Assembly: GCA_027491395.1 (NCBI GenBank)
Contig: JAOZFI010000006.1
Location: 32,001-96,000, forward strand
Source: Thermoproteota archaeon
Lineage (GTDB): Archaea; Korarchaeota; Korarchaeia; Korarchaeales; Korarchaeaceae
Direction of reading: 5' to 3'
DNA length: 64,000 nucleotides
Under the pieces are notes generated by a model. The model saw only the letters and a program-made list of their open reading frames with translations, searched no databases and had not been told where the DNA came from. Both the position numbers and the translations under genes were made by a program. Positions 8,887 to 19,178 of the stretch are shown piece after piece; position 1 is the first letter of the stretch; each line of letters starts with the position of its first letter.

Positions 8887-9654
8887 CTAGTATTGGAACG
8901 GAAGGAGTTGAAACTGTGGCGTGAGTGTCCCCACCATTAGCCCTACGGTGATCACAATTATGGCATAGACTAGAAGGATCCAATCCCCCCTACCATAATC
9001 ATAGACTACATAGTTACTCCTCTTCTCTGTAGCCCCAAAGGCCTTAGTCTCTAAGGCCTCTGCCAGTTGATGACCTCTCCTTATCGCTATTATTATCATC
9101 GGGATCAATATGGGGATCAGCCTCCTTACCTTCTCCAAGAAGCTCCCCCTCTCCAGTTCATAACCTCTGCTAACTTGAGATGTGATGATCATTACCACAT
9201 CATCCGCCAAAACGGGTATGAACCTTAGGGCTATCACGAAGGAGAAGGTTATCTGAAGGGGGACTTTGAGCTTGGTCAGGAGGTCCCCTATCTCAGCCGG
9301 GCTAGTGCCTGTCATGAATATTGCCGAGGCTATTATCATGCTTACTAGCCTCAGCACCATCGCGAGGCTGAACTCCAGACTATGGGTAGTGAGGTAGTTT
9401 AGCACCACCAATACTACGATGAATAGGAGAGATGCCTTGAGGGACCTCTTCACCCTTCTCTCAGATCTTGATAGGATTATTAGTGGTGTTTGAGCCATGA
9501 GGGAGAATATCTGCATTAGGAGCGAGGCGCTGATGAGAGGAAGGGCTATGAATGAGGCGAAGAGTATGAGTTTCGTGAGGGGATTGAGCTTGGAGTATGA
9601 TGTTTCCCCCACCTGAGTCCTGAAAATCTCCACCATTCCCATAGGATCGAGCAC
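8887..9654 (-). CDS. ecfT: ECF transporter transmembrane T component
   Basis: LNPLTK, ALRFIP, SQVSRG and A.ALETKAF coupling motifs; hydrophobic helices. Confidence 0.9.
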   Translation of the reverse strand: MLDPMGMVEIFRTQVGETSYSKLNPLTKLILFASFIALPLISASLLMQIFSLMAQTPLIILSRSERRVKRSLKASLLFIVVLVVLNYLTTHSLEFSLAMVLRLVSMIIASAIFMTGTSPAEIGDLLTKLKVPLQITFSFVIALRFIPVLADDVVMIITSQVSRGYELERGSFLEKVRRLIPILIPMIIIAIRRGHQLAEALETKAFGATEKRSNYVVYDYGRGDWILLVYAIIVITVGLMVGTLTPQFQLLPFQY

Positions 9655-10434
9655 TCAACCCACCTCCAGCAGAGAATCTACTATGTATCTGTATGGGGGT
9701 ATGAGGCCATTAGTAGCGAGATTCCTTATATCCGAGAAGATCTTCCTAGGGTCTCCTCCACCGATCACAACCCCGTAGCGAAGCACAAATACCAAATCAG
9801 GGCCGAGATCGTCCAACCACTCCAAGTCGTGGGTGACGATCACGACACCCTTACCCTCCCCCTTCATCCTTTTGAATATCTCCAATAAGGACTCCTTTGA
9901 GAGACTATCCTGTCCTATTGTGGGCTCATCTACCGCCAAGAACTCCGGCTTCATAGACAGGACGCACGCTATCGAGAGTCTCTTCATCTCACCACCGCTT
10001 AGTGACCAAGGACTCCTCTCTCTCAACTCCCAAAGGCCTACTTCCTCCAACGCCCACTTAACAGACTCTCTAATTTCTTCAGGGTCCATACCTATCGATT
10101 TAGGGCCGAAAGATACCTCTTCATATACGGTCTCGGAGAAGAACATATGCTCCGGGTTCTGGAAGACCAACCCAACTTTCTTGGACAGCTGAGCGACGCT
10201 GGCCTCTCTCGTGTCCACTCCATCCACGAGGACCCTCCCCTTCATCTCCCCCCTGTAGAAATGCGGTATCAATCCGTTCAAGAGCCTCAAGAGGGTCGAC
10301 TTGCCAGAGCCGTTCGGACCCACGATACCGTAGATCTTGCCCCTCTCTAGCTCTAGGCTGACATCTCTGAGGGCATTTATCCCACTTCCCTCGTACTTGA
10401 ACGTTACCTCTTCAACTTCGATCAATCCTAACAC
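9655..10434 (-). CDS. ecfA: ECF transporter ATPase
   Basis: GPNGSGKST, VFQNPE, LSGGE, DEPT, THD. Confidence 0.92.
   Translation of the reverse strand: MLGLIEVEEVTFKYEGSGINALRDVSLELERGKIYGIVGPNGSGKSTLLRLLNGLIPHFYRGEMKGRVLVDGVDTREASVAQLSKKVGLVFQNPEHMFFSETVYEEVSFGPKSIGMDPEEIRESVKWALEEVGLWELRERSPWSLSGGEMKRLSIACVLSMKPEFLAVDEPTIGQDSLSKESLLEIFKRMKGEGKGVVIVTHDLEWLDDLGPDLVFVLRYGVVIGGGDPRKIFSDIRNLATNGLIPPYRYIVDSLLEVG
10151..10312. repeat. 162-bp direct repeat copy 1 (within downstream ecfA)
   Basis: Matches 10971-11132 with 2 mismatches by visual alignment. Confidence 0.92.
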
Positions 10435-11254
10435 CCCTCCTCAGAGCCACTATTAGCTCTCCCACTGCGAGCGGCTGGGCTCCCACTACCCCATACTTTC
10501 TAGCGAGCTTGACCACACTGGGAGGTCTGACCCCATGCAGCGAGATGTCTCCCCTGTAGAGCAGCTCCCTAGGATGGCCCTCCCTTACTATCCTCCCATT
10601 GGAAATCACTATCATCCTATTAGCCTTTGGGGCGAAGAGGTCGAGCCTATGCTCAGCAACTACCACAGTCACCCCTTCCCTGTTCAGGTTTCCCAGCACC
10701 TTAGCGATCCGCGCAGAGCTGAATGGATCCAACTCACTTGTGGGTTCATCCAGCACGATAACATCGGGCTTCATAGCTAGGACTGAGGCGATGGCCACTA
10801 GTTGCTTCTCTCCACCGCTTAGCTCGGCTGTGCTCCTCTTTCTCAGGTGTTCTATTCCCAATTTCTTGAGGACCTCATCTATTCTCCCGACGATCTCGTC
10901 CCTAGGCAGCCCCAAGTTCTCGAGACCGAATGCTATCTCCCTGTCTACTCTGAGCGTCACGATCTGATTGTCCGGGTTCTGGAAGACCAACCCAACTTTC
11001 TTAGACAGCTGAGCGACGCTGGCCTCTCTCGTGTCCACTCCATCCACGAGGACCTTCCCCTTCATCTCCCCCCTGTAGAAATGCGGTATCAATCCGTTCA
11101 AGAGCCTCAAGAGGGTCGACTTGCCAGAGCCGCTGAGTCCGGCTATCAGGAGAAACTCACCTCTATCTATCTCCAAGCTGACCTCGGACAGCGCTGGTCT
11201 CTTACTGCCCTCGTAACGGAAGGTCACGTCTTCTATTTTAAGCATCGGGGCCAC
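10412..11254 (-). CDS. ecfA: ECF transporter ATPase
   Basis: GLSGSGKST, VFQNPDNQ, AFGLEN, LSGGEKQ, LDEPT, EH. Confidence 0.92.
   Translation of the reverse strand: MAPMLKIEDVTFRYEGSKRPALSEVSLEIDRGEFLLIAGLSGSGKSTLLRLLNGLIPHFYRGEMKGKVLVDGVDTREASVAQLSKKVGLVFQNPDNQIVTLRVDREIAFGLENLGLPRDEIVGRIDEVLKKLGIEHLRKRSTAELSGGEKQLVAIASVLAMKPDVIVLDEPTSELDPFSSARIAKVLGNLNREGVTVVVAEHRLDLFAPKANRMIVISNGRIVREGHPRELLYRGDISLHGVRPPSVVKLARKYGVVGAQPLAVGELIVALRRGVRIDRS
10971..11132. repeat. 162-bp direct repeat copy 2 (within upstream ecfA)
   Basis: Matches 10151-10312 at an offset of 820 bp. Confidence 0.92.
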
Positions 11255-11315
11255 ATGCTCACACTGTCAAAAAAGATTATAATACCTCCCACTGCCATCC
11301 AGCTGAGGGATCCAA

Positions 11316-11969
11316 ATGCCTAGGAGGAGAGCGCGCAGAAAGGGACCGGCCAAGACGTGGTACCAAGTCCACGCTGTAGATATCTTCCCGAACCAGTGGA
11401 TCGGCGAGACCCCGGCTAGCGACCCCGAAAAGCTCATGGATCGGAATGTGGAGGTGGTGGTGAGGGACATAACCGGGGACTTCATGCACGAGAAGTACAA
11501 GCTGTGGTTCAGGATCTTCAAGGTCGACGGTAACAAGGCCTACGCTCGCTTCGTGAAGGAGATGCTGAACAGGGACTACATGAGATCCATAGTCCAGAGG
11601 AGGAGCTCTAGGATAGATATACAATCCGAAGGAGTGACCAAGGACGGTAATGAGATCCGCATCTTCACCCTCATCGTCACAGCAGTGAGGATCAGGAGCA
11701 GTCAGAAGAGCGCCATAAGGAAGAGGGTCGACGAGTATGTGAGGAGCCTCATCCCAGAGTACACGGTGGAGGAATTGGTCAAGTCGTATATATTCGGGGA
11801 ACCGGTACCCGTAGTCTCTGAGATCCAGAGGATAGCCTCTAAGGTCGCTCCCATAAAGTACGTGGAGCTCAGGAAGATGGTCATACTGAAACCTGCTGAG
11901 GCTCCGGAGATACTGGCAGGGGTGGAGCAGGAGGTTGAAAGCAGCACTACTGGCAGCGGGGAAGGGTAA
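11316..11969 (+). CDS. rps3ae: 30S ribosomal protein S3Ae (eS1)
   Basis: K.WYQV.A, IGETPA.DPEKL, RDYMRSIVQRRSSRID, TKDG. Confidence 0.95.
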   Translation: MPRRRARRKGPAKTWYQVHAVDIFPNQWIGETPASDPEKLMDRNVEVVVRDITGDFMHEKYKLWFRIFKVDGNKAYARFVKEMLNRDYMRSIVQRRSSRIDIQSEGVTKDGNEIRIFTLIVTAVRIRSSQKSAIRKRVDEYVRSLIPEYTVEELVKSYIFGEPVPVVSEIQRIASKVAPIKYVELRKMVILKPAEAPEILAGVEQEVESSTTGSGEG

Positions 11970-12990
11970 GAGGTTACGACCAGCCACTGAAGCGAGGCCA
12001 AAGCCCCTCCTACCTATAGCCGGTTCCACTCTTTTTGAATACAACTTCTCCCTAATTTCCGACCTACAGGTATACGCGGTCGTGAGCTACAGGAAGGAAC
12101 TATTTATCGACCTGTCCCAGCACCTCAATTTCAAGGTTGTGGACCAAGGCAAACCCATGGGAACGGGTCATGCAGTGATGAAACTCGGAGACGAGGTGAA
12201 GGACGACATCCTACTCATCTACGCGGACATCTACCTCCCTCCTGACTCTGTTGAGAGGATCCTGTCCTACCGCGACAGGTATGACCACGTGGTGGCAGTC
12301 ACACCGGTGGAGAGGCCTTGGGAATTCGGGGTGGTGGAGATATCTTCAGGTCTTCTGAAGAGGATAGTGGAGAAGCCTAAAAGGGGCGAAGAGCCCTCGA
12401 ACCTGATAGTGGCTGGGGCCTTCTTCCTCTCCCAGTCAATCTTCGATCACCTGATGGATGTGACCCTCTCTCCTAGGGGGGAGATAGAGCTGACGGACGC
12501 CCTTACGCTAGCTGCTTCGCGAGGGGAGAGGGTTGGAGTAGTCACTATTTCACCTTGGGTGGACGCGGGAAGACCGTCAGACTTCTTGCTAGCCCAGAAG
12601 TATCTGATGAACGATTTGATCAGTGGCGAAAGGTCACCTCCGGAGGGGTACGTCTTGGAGGGGGACATACTCATATCGAGCACGGGGGTCATAGAGAGCT
12701 CGGAGCTGGAAGGACCTTCGGTGGTGGCGGGGCTGCTGAGGGAATCGACCTTAGGCCCTTACTCATATTTGGAGGCCGGTTCTCGTGTCACGAACTCGAA
12801 GGTCCTCAACTCCATAGTGATGAGGGGCTCATCGGTCCTCAAATCTGAGGTGACGGATTCCCTGATCGCAGACGATGGGGTGGTCGAGGGGAGTACCCTC
12901 ACGAGCTCAGTTACCGCACCATCTTCCCGCATCGTCAATTGCGAGATAGAAGGGGAGAAGGTATGGGAGAGTAGGATGTGCATCACTTAG
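11935..12990 (+). CDS. sugar-phosphate nucleotidyltransferase (RmlA/GlmU-like) with C-terminal beta-helix
   Basis: LAAGKGKRLRP...PKPLLP, GTGHA, VEKP, SPRGEIELTD, W.DAG. Confidence 0.88.
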   Translation: MKAALLAAGKGKRLRPATEARPKPLLPIAGSTLFEYNFSLISDLQVYAVVSYRKELFIDLSQHLNFKVVDQGKPMGTGHAVMKLGDEVKDDILLIYADIYLPPDSVERILSYRDRYDHVVAVTPVERPWEFGVVEISSGLLKRIVEKPKRGEEPSNLIVAGAFFLSQSIFDHLMDVTLSPRGEIELTDALTLAASRGERVGVVTISPWVDAGRPSDFLLAQKYLMNDLISGERSPPEGYVLEGDILISSTGVIESSELEGPSVVAGLLRESTLGPYSYLEAGSRVTNSKVLNSIVMRGSSVLKSEVTDSLIADDGVVEGSTLTSSVTAPSSRIVNCEIEGEKVWESRMCIT

Positions 12991-14176
12991 CGGCCACTAT
13001 CTTCACGACATCCCTGTGCCTCAACACGTAGTCTAGGGATATCCTCCTCTTCCCCCTAACATCGATCCCGTAAAGGGCCTTCTTAGCTATCTCACTGTGG
13101 ATCTTCTCAGCCAGATCCCTGACCGTCGCATCCTTGGGAAGCAGTATGGCATCCGGGAGGATGTTCCCATCCTTGTCAGACAGCTTAGTCTCGTTCTCAA
13201 CTGGGAAAACGACCTTCATACCGAGTACATCATAAACAGCAGCTTCCAGCGTCACCTGAACCCCAGTACTCCCGTATCTCTTCAGCACCCTCTCCCTAAT
13301 GGCCTCCAGAGCCTTTAACTGAGCCTTAGTGAGTCTGGACTCATCCACCACATCGAAGTCAGGATCTCCTGGCTCGTACCTGACGAGTCCCGCCTTTGCT
13401 GCCTTCCTCAGGATGAGCTCGGCCTCAGCCGACACAGGAATTACGGGCTCCTCAAGAACTTCTCTCATCCTCCTGACATTATCCTCTGCTTCCAGCACAT
13501 CCACCTTGTTAGCTGCTACCACGAAGGGCTTCCCCCTCCTCAAGATCTCCCTCGAGAATTCGATCAGGTCCTCATTGCTCCAGTCTAGGGGGGATTTCTC
13601 CAGCGACAGTTCCCTAAGCACAACCTTGATGATTTCCCTATCTATATCCAGTCCCGAGAGGACCTCGTGAAGCGCCGCATCAACCGATGAGCCGGCCACT
13701 ATCCTCCCCCTGATCTTACTTTTGGATCTCTCGATGATGGACGCCACCCAGAGAGCGAACTCCTCCTTCACTATCATAACATCCTCTATGGGATCGTGAC
13801 TGGAGGCGGGTACGGGATTGCCCTCTTCATCGGTGGAGCCCGAGGCGTCCACCACGATCACGTTCACGTTGGCCCTCCTTAAGTCATCTAGAAACTTATT
13901 TCCGAGCCCCCTTCCCTTAGACGCTCCCTTCACCAATCCAGCGACGTCCAAGAGCTTCACCGGAACGTATCTGTACCTACCGTTGCACCAACCGTACTTC
14001 GGATCACACTTCACCCCGAACTCGGTGCACACGGACTTGACCCTCACATACCCCACGCCCTCGTTCGGATTTATCGTGACGAAAGGTCGATTTTCCCTCT
14101 CTGCCTCCACTAGGGTAGCAGCTGAGAAGAAAGTGGTCTTACCGACGTTCGTCTTTCCGACCAAGCCTACTAGCAT
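12983..14176 (-). CDS. ychF: YchF/Ola1 ATPase with TGS domain
   Basis: GKTNVGKTT, PFVTINPN, DVAGL, GLGNKFL, ANK.D, C-terminal TGS; start moved to ATG (MLVG). Confidence 0.93.
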   Translation of the reverse strand: MLVGLVGKTNVGKTTFFSAATLVEAERENRPFVTINPNEGVGYVRVKSVCTEFGVKCDPKYGWCNGRYRYVPVKLLDVAGLVKGASKGRGLGNKFLDDLRRANVNVIVVDASGSTDEEGNPVPASSHDPIEDVMIVKEEFALWVASIIERSKSKIRGRIVAGSSVDAALHEVLSGLDIDREIIKVVLRELSLEKSPLDWSNEDLIEFSREILRRGKPFVVAANKVDVLEAEDNVRRMREVLEEPVIPVSAEAELILRKAAKAGLVRYEPGDPDFDVVDESRLTKAQLKALEAIRERVLKRYGSTGVQVTLEAAVYDVLGMKVVFPVENETKLSDKDGNILPDAILLPKDATVRDLAEKIHSEIAKKALYGIDVRGKRRISLDYVLRHRDVVKIVAAK

Positions 14177-14226
14177 CCCGCCTTCTCGAACTATCAAATT
14201 TTAAAATCCACCAGTGGAGGGCCTGA

Positions 14227-14844
14227 GTGCAGGGTGTAAACTTGGTAGTTGCAGGAAGGTACATGGAGAAACTGGTCTGGAGGAGACGCAAGGAGGATCC
14301 GGACCTAGTCAAGCTCTGGAAGGATAGGCTGATACGGTGGAGGAGGGAGCCAGCGATAGTCAGAGTGGAGAGGCCCACCAGAATAGATAGGGCAAGGGCT
14401 CTAGGGTACAGGGCCAAACAGGGATTCGTAGTGGTGAGAGTCAGGGTCAGGAAGGGCGGTAGGAGGAAGGGAAGGCCGAGATCCGGTAGGAAGCCCGCGG
14501 GACTGGGTATTCTAAAATTGACCCCCGGTAAGAGCATAAGGTGGATAGCTGAGGAGAGGGCTGCGAGGAAGTTCCCTAACTTGGAGGTCCTCAACTCTTA
14601 TTATGTCGCCGAGGACGGCAAGTACTATTGGTACGAAGTGATAATGGTCGATCCCCATCACCCGGTCATAAAGGCCGACCCTAGGATCAACTGGATACTC
14701 AACCCCGCCAACAAGAGGAGGGTGTTCAGGGGCCTCACGAGCGCCGGTAAGAAATCTAGGGGGTTAAGGGCTTCTAGAGGGATACCTGACATAGTCAGGA
14801 GGTTCAAGCGCAAGAGGAAGCTTGCTAGGAAACCGGGGGCCTGA
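14227..14844 (+). CDS. rpl15e: 50S ribosomal protein L15e
   Basis: [36 protein letters not shown]; start may be TTG 14242. Confidence 0.96.
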   Translation: MQGVNLVVAGRYMEKLVWRRRKEDPDLVKLWKDRLIRWRREPAIVRVERPTRIDRARALGYRAKQGFVVVRVRVRKGGRRKGRPRSGRKPAGLGILKLTPGKSIRWIAEERAARKFPNLEVLNSYYVAEDGKYYWYEVIMVDPHHPVIKADPRINWILNPANKRRVFRGLTSAGKKSRGLRASRGIPDIVRRFKRKRKLARKPGA

Positions 14845-14849
14845 GCGAT

Positions 14850-15302
14850 TTGCGGCCCCTCGCCCTCTCCTCTGCAGAGATCAACACAATGGTATATCCC
14901 ACGGAATTGGAGGAGAGGGTGAGAGATCTCCTCTTCGCACTTGCAGGAGGGGAAGGCGACCTCAAACTCAAGGAGGAGAAGTTCACAAGCCATTACGGCT
15001 ACTCTTTCAAGATACTAACGGTTAAACTCGGGAAAGAAGCGGCGGAATCCCTTCTGAAGCGTGTTATCTGCTTCTTGGAGGAGCTCGACTTCCTCTCTCT
15101 GATGAATACACTGGAAAGTCACGTGGATGGAAGGGATCTCTATATAAGGCTTGATAAACAGGGGCTAGCGCTGGGTAGGTATGAGCTATTCTCGGGAGGT
15201 CTAGGAGGCTATGTGAGGATCAAGCTGACATTCAGGAAGAAAGTGAACGACCTGAAATCCTTGCTTAGAGAGGTGAGGGAAGGCCGGTGCCCCGCTACAT
15301 AG
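14850..15302 (+). CDS. DUF54 family putative RNA-binding protein
   Basis: VYPTE, SHYG, LYIRLDKQ; typical position after rpl15e. Confidence 0.75.
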   Translation: MRPLALSSAEINTMVYPTELEERVRDLLFALAGGEGDLKLKEEKFTSHYGYSFKILTVKLGKEAAESLLKRVICFLEELDFLSLMNTLESHVDGRDLYIRLDKQGLALGRYELFSGGLGGYVRIKLTFRKKVNDLKSLLREVREGRCPAT

Positions 15303-15940
15303 ATATAATAGCACCTGAGAGTGAGGAACAACTCGAACTGATGGTTAATAGAGCAATTTCGCTTGGGTTCGGTGCGGTAGGGATTGTCGGAGAATTTTCT
15401 GACCTTCCCAGCGGAACCTTCAGGGTCTCCATAGTGGGGCCATCCTCCATTCCTCAAGAAGCGAGGAAGATAAGGAGTAAGGTGAGGCTTCTCCTGTCCT
15501 CGCCCAAGACCCTCGAAGAGTCGAGGAAGGTCACTTTCAGCAAGCTCGTGGACGGTGTCGTCGCGAGCTACGATACTGGTAGGCCCAATTTCGATTACGT
15601 ATCGGCGAAGCAGCTCAAGAGGAATGAAGGGACACTCTTGGTTCCGGTAGCATGGATGATCAGGAAAATGCTCGAGGAACCTCATGTGATCCGGAACGTT
15701 CGGCTGGAGGTTAGGATCGCTCTTAAAGCGGGATTATACCCCGTGATTGCCTCCATGGCTAGAGATATCAGAGAAGTGGTGCCTCCTCGTCTACTCGCCT
15801 CATTCGGCGAGTTCATTTTAGACCTGAAGAGGGACCAGGCCAAATCCATGGTAAAGGACTTCCCATCCTATCTCATCAGCGAGGAGAGGAGGCTTAGAAC
15901 CAAGGGAGTTGCCTTGGATGAAGTTCAGGGTTCCCATTGA
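15287..15940 (+). CDS. rnp3: RNase P protein component 3 (Rpp30)
   Basis: PHP/TIM-barrel-like sequence, IAS.A...VVPPR; superoperon position. Confidence 0.75.
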   Translation: MPRYIDIIAPESEEQLELMVNRAISLGFGAVGIVGEFSDLPSGTFRVSIVGPSSIPQEARKIRSKVRLLLSSPKTLEESRKVTFSKLVDGVVASYDTGRPNFDYVSAKQLKRNEGTLLVPVAWMIRKMLEEPHVIRNVRLEVRIALKAGLYPVIASMARDIREVVPPRLLASFGEFILDLKRDQAKSMVKDFPSYLISEERRLRTKGVALDEVQGSH

Positions 15941-16256
15941 ACTAAAAGAGAGGCGGAGGTACATCTGCGTGTATGCACCGGTTTCCAAGTCCGATCTGAA
16001 TAAGGCCCTAAAGAGGAGGTTGAGGGAGTTATCGGGGATTAAGGGGTGCGGTATCTATAGATTCACCCTGCTCTCTCTGGGGAATGGCCTCTTCCTAGTT
16101 AGGACAACCGAAGCCTCCTTGTCCGCCTTACTCACGGCCCTCCTCATAAACAGATATGAGGACTTCCCCTCACTGGAAGTTAGAGGGATCTCGGGCACCC
16201 TAAGGAAGGCGGAGGAGTTATGCGCCGTTCCTCCCAATGTCAAGCGACGTAGTTGA
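15918..16256 (+). CDS. rnp2: RNase P protein component 2 (Pop5/Rpp14)
   Basis: LKERRRY and ISGTLRKA motifs. Confidence 0.8.
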   Translation: MKFRVPIELKERRRYICVYAPVSKSDLNKALKRRLRELSGIKGCGIYRFTLLSLGNGLFLVRTTEASLSALLTALLINRYEDFPSLEVRGISGTLRKAEELCAVPPNVKRRS

Positions 16257-16329
16257 TCGTGATCACGGAGGGAAAACTCTTTATGTCCTAGGACTTTTCA
16301 ATGACTGAACATCCTAGTGGGGTGGACAA

Positions 16330-17040
16330 ATGTTTCCACAGGTTACAGGGTATGATAGAGCGATTACAGTCTTCAGTCCTGATGGCAGACTCCTCCAGGT
16401 GGAGTACGCTCTTTCTGCCACTAAGAGGACCCCTCTGGCCTTGGGTATAAAATGCAAGGACGGAGTGGTCCTCCTAGCCGTGAGGAAGTACATCTCTCCG
16501 TTGGCTACCCCTCCCGAGAAGATATACAAGATAGACAACCACATAGGCGCGATTGCTGCAGGTCTGGTGGGCGACGGCCTCGTCCTCATAGAGAGGGGAA
16601 GGCTCGAGGCCCAGTACAACAGGCTCATCTACGGTGAGCCCATAACCGTGAAGAACTTGGCTAAGAGGATTGCTGTTCACAAGCAGCAGTTTACCCAGTA
16701 TGCCGGTCTAAGACCGTTCGGCGTCATGATGATGATAGGGGGCATAGATGAGGAGCCTGAACTCTACGTGACCCATCCGGGCGGGGCCTTCTACGACTAC
16801 GCGGCCTTCGCGGTTGGAAAGAACTCCGACAAGGTGAACGAGACCCTGAAACAGACATACAAAGAGGGTATGTCCCTAGAGGAGTGCTTGAAGTACGCTA
16901 TAAAGCTGATAATGGAGGCAGAGGAAGGAGAGGTGACCGCGGACTCGTTAGAGATTGCGGTCATAGACAGAGAGACGAAGAAGTTCAGAAAGCTGTCCAG
17001 AGATGAGCTTGAAGAGTATGTAAAGGCCGCGAAGGGGTGA
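16330..17040 (+). CDS. psmA: proteasome alpha subunit
   Basis: GYDRAITVFSPDGRLLQVEYA, RPFGV. Confidence 0.97.
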   Translation: MFPQVTGYDRAITVFSPDGRLLQVEYALSATKRTPLALGIKCKDGVVLLAVRKYISPLATPPEKIYKIDNHIGAIAAGLVGDGLVLIERGRLEAQYNRLIYGEPITVKNLAKRIAVHKQQFTQYAGLRPFGVMMMIGGIDEEPELYVTHPGGAFYDYAAFAVGKNSDKVNETLKQTYKEGMSLEECLKYAIKLIMEAEEGEVTADSLEIAVIDRETKKFRKLSRDELEEYVKAAKG

Positions 17041-17045
17041 TTTAG

Positions 17046-17723
17046 GTGCCCGAGCCGGTAATAGCGAGGATCACTCGGGCCGGAAAGAGGTTCGAGATAT
17101 ATGTGTATCCAGAGAAGGCCTATCAGTTTCGGGAAGGCAGGTCAGTAGATGTGAGAAGCATTCTGGCAGTGGAGAACGTGTTCACGGACGCCAGAAAGGC
17201 TCTGAAGGCCTCCTCAACCGATCTCAAGAAGGCCTTCGGAACTACCGATCCCTACGAGATAGCCGAGATAATCCTTAAGGAGGGGGAGGTCCAGCTGACT
17301 GCGGAGTATAGAAAGAAGCTTCAGGAGGAGAAGACTCGCTGGATAGTCAACTACATACACAAGAACTTCGTCGATCCACAGACCAACCTCCCACATCCCG
17401 TATCTAGGATACAGAAGGCCCTGAAGGAGGCTAAAGTGAAGATAGATCCAATGAAGGAGCCCGAGCAACAGGTCAAGGAGGTAGTGGAGCAGCTTAGGAA
17501 GATACTCCCCCTAAAGAGCGGTCAGGTCAGAATGACTGTGATCGTTCCCGCTTCGGTGTGGGCCAAGGCGAGATCCCTCTTGGCTGGTCAGGGGAGCATA
17601 CTGTCGGAGAAGTGGTCTGACGACGGGACCCAAGTCACCTTCAAGGTGGAGCTCCCCATAGGGGCCCAGATGCTCGTCTTGGAGAGGATAGGAGAGATGG
17701 GAGGCCAGGCGAAAGTTGAGTGA
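17046..17723 (+). CDS. ribosome maturation factor SBDS/Sdo1
   Basis: GKRFEI, FGTTD, GEVQLT, PHPVSRI. Confidence 0.95.
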   Translation: MPEPVIARITRAGKRFEIYVYPEKAYQFREGRSVDVRSILAVENVFTDARKALKASSTDLKKAFGTTDPYEIAEIILKEGEVQLTAEYRKKLQEEKTRWIVNYIHKNFVDPQTNLPHPVSRIQKALKEAKVKIDPMKEPEQQVKEVVEQLRKILPLKSGQVRMTVIVPASVWAKARSLLAGQGSILSEKWSDDGTQVTFKVELPIGAQMLVLERIGEMGGQAKVE

Positions 17724-18408
17724 AAGTGCGATACTCGTCAAGAACAGGGAGGTCGTCGTTCCCGGGCAACCCCTAGCCAAGGGGAGGTTTAAGCTAGGTA
17801 GGGATGTTTACCGGGATGAATCCGGCATCATCAGGGCCAAGAAGCTGGGATTGGCCGATATAAAGGAAGATACTGTGTCAGTAGTGCCGCTTTCCGGCGT
17901 TTATATCCCCAAGGAGGGGGACATTGTCATAGGGATAATCTCTAGGATAAGCGGATCCACCATAATAGTGGACATAAGGTCTCCTTACCAAGGCGTGATC
18001 CCCATACCTAGGGGGAGGGCTACCGAGAGGGTGGACATGAGGAAGTACGACCTGAAGCTGGGCGATGTGATACTGGCGAAGGTCAAGGCATTTGATGGAT
18101 CATCATCCCTCCTCCTCACGATAGACATGGAGGGCTTGGGGAAACTGGAGGGAGGTTACATACTCGAGGTGGAACCCGCCAAGGTACCTAGGGTCATAGG
18201 GAAGAGGCAATCTATGCTAACGATCCTCAAGGAGAAGACTGGGAGCGATATAATCGTCGGAAACAATGGAAGGATATGGGTGCGCTCTCCCTCCTTGAAG
18301 GAGTTACTAGCTCTGGAGAAGGCTTTGAGGAAAATAGAGGCAGAATCTCATGTCTCAGGACTCAGCGATAGAATATCTTCCTTCTTGACTCAAGAACTCT
18401 CTGATTGA
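17716..18408 (+). CDS. rrp4: exosome RNA-binding subunit Rrp4
   Basis: VVPG, Y.P..GD.VIG, S1 domain plus KH ([14 protein letters not shown]). Confidence 0.94.
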   Translation: MSESAILVKNREVVVPGQPLAKGRFKLGRDVYRDESGIIRAKKLGLADIKEDTVSVVPLSGVYIPKEGDIVIGIISRISGSTIIVDIRSPYQGVIPIPRGRATERVDMRKYDLKLGDVILAKVKAFDGSSSLLLTIDMEGLGKLEGGYILEVEPAKVPRVIGKRQSMLTILKEKTGSDIIVGNNGRIWVRSPSLKELLALEKALRKIEAESHVSGLSDRISSFLTQELSD

Positions 18409-18422
18409 GGAGGTGTAAGATC

Positions 18423-19178
18423 ATGCCCCTGTATGTTGAGAAGAAGCCCGAGGTCCTGATAACCGAGGATGGTGTGAGGACTGATGGGAGAAAGCCCTAC
18501 GAGATGAGGCCTGTTAGAATGACCGTCGGCATACTGGACAAGGCTGACGGCTCGGCATTCATCGAGTGGGGCGGTAATAAGATACTGGCTGCGGTTTTCG
18601 GTCCGAGAGAGGTGCATCCCAAGCACCTAGTCCTGCCTGACAAGGCGCTGGTGAGAACCAGATACAACATGGCTCCCTTCTCCACACCGGAGAGGAAGAG
18701 GCCCGGACCGGACAGGAGAAGCGTGGAACTATCAAAGGTGATAAGGGAAGCCCTGAAACCAGCCATCTTCGTGGAGAACTACCCAGGATCCGTGATCGAC
18801 ATATTCGTAGAGGTGCTGAGATCGGACGCTGGCACTAGGGTAGCTGGAGTGAACGCTGCATCCCTCGCCCTGGCTAACGCAGGGATAGCGATGAGAGGAC
18901 TCGTGGCAGCCTGCGCGGTGGGCAGGGTGGGGGATTTCGTGGTCTGCGACCCGAATCACGATGAGGATATGTGGGGGGATGCCGACATGCCGATGGCCAT
19001 GCTCATGGAGGCAGAGGAGATAACTCTGCTTCAAACTGACGGTCCAATGACGGAGGAGCAGTTCAGGGAGGCGCTCAAGCTGGGAAGGAACGCTATCCGC
19101 TTACTCTACGAGATGCAGAAGGAGGCCTTGAAGAGGCCCTACCAAGTTGTGGAGAGATCCGTCAGGGGTGTTGTGTGA
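18423..19178 (+). CDS. rrp41: exosome catalytic subunit Rrp41
   Basis: RTDGRK, ADGSA, GPREVHP, YNMAPFS, DAGTR, ED..GDADMP. Confidence 0.96.
   Translation: MPLYVEKKPEVLITEDGVRTDGRKPYEMRPVRMTVGILDKADGSAFIEWGGNKILAAVFGPREVHPKHLVLPDKALVRTRYNMAPFSTPERKRPGPDRRSVELSKVIREALKPAIFVENYPGSVIDIFVEVLRSDAGTRVAGVNAASLALANAGIAMRGLVAACAVGRVGDFVVCDPNHDEDMWGDADMPMAMLMEAEEITLLQTDGPMTEEQFREALKLGRNAIRLLYEMQKEALKRPYQVVERSVRGVV

Noticed and set aside
10151-11132. ecfA repeat pair as DGR template and variable repeats
   Set aside because: Only two mismatches, both copies are in mid-gene coding sequence, and there is no reverse transcriptase in the window
11277-12044. 255-aa antisense ORF over rps3ae, and similar shadow ORFs such as 6176-6874, 32313-32912 and 57996-58628
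   Set aside because: They lie opposite well-supported genes and carry no motifs; expected from codon bias
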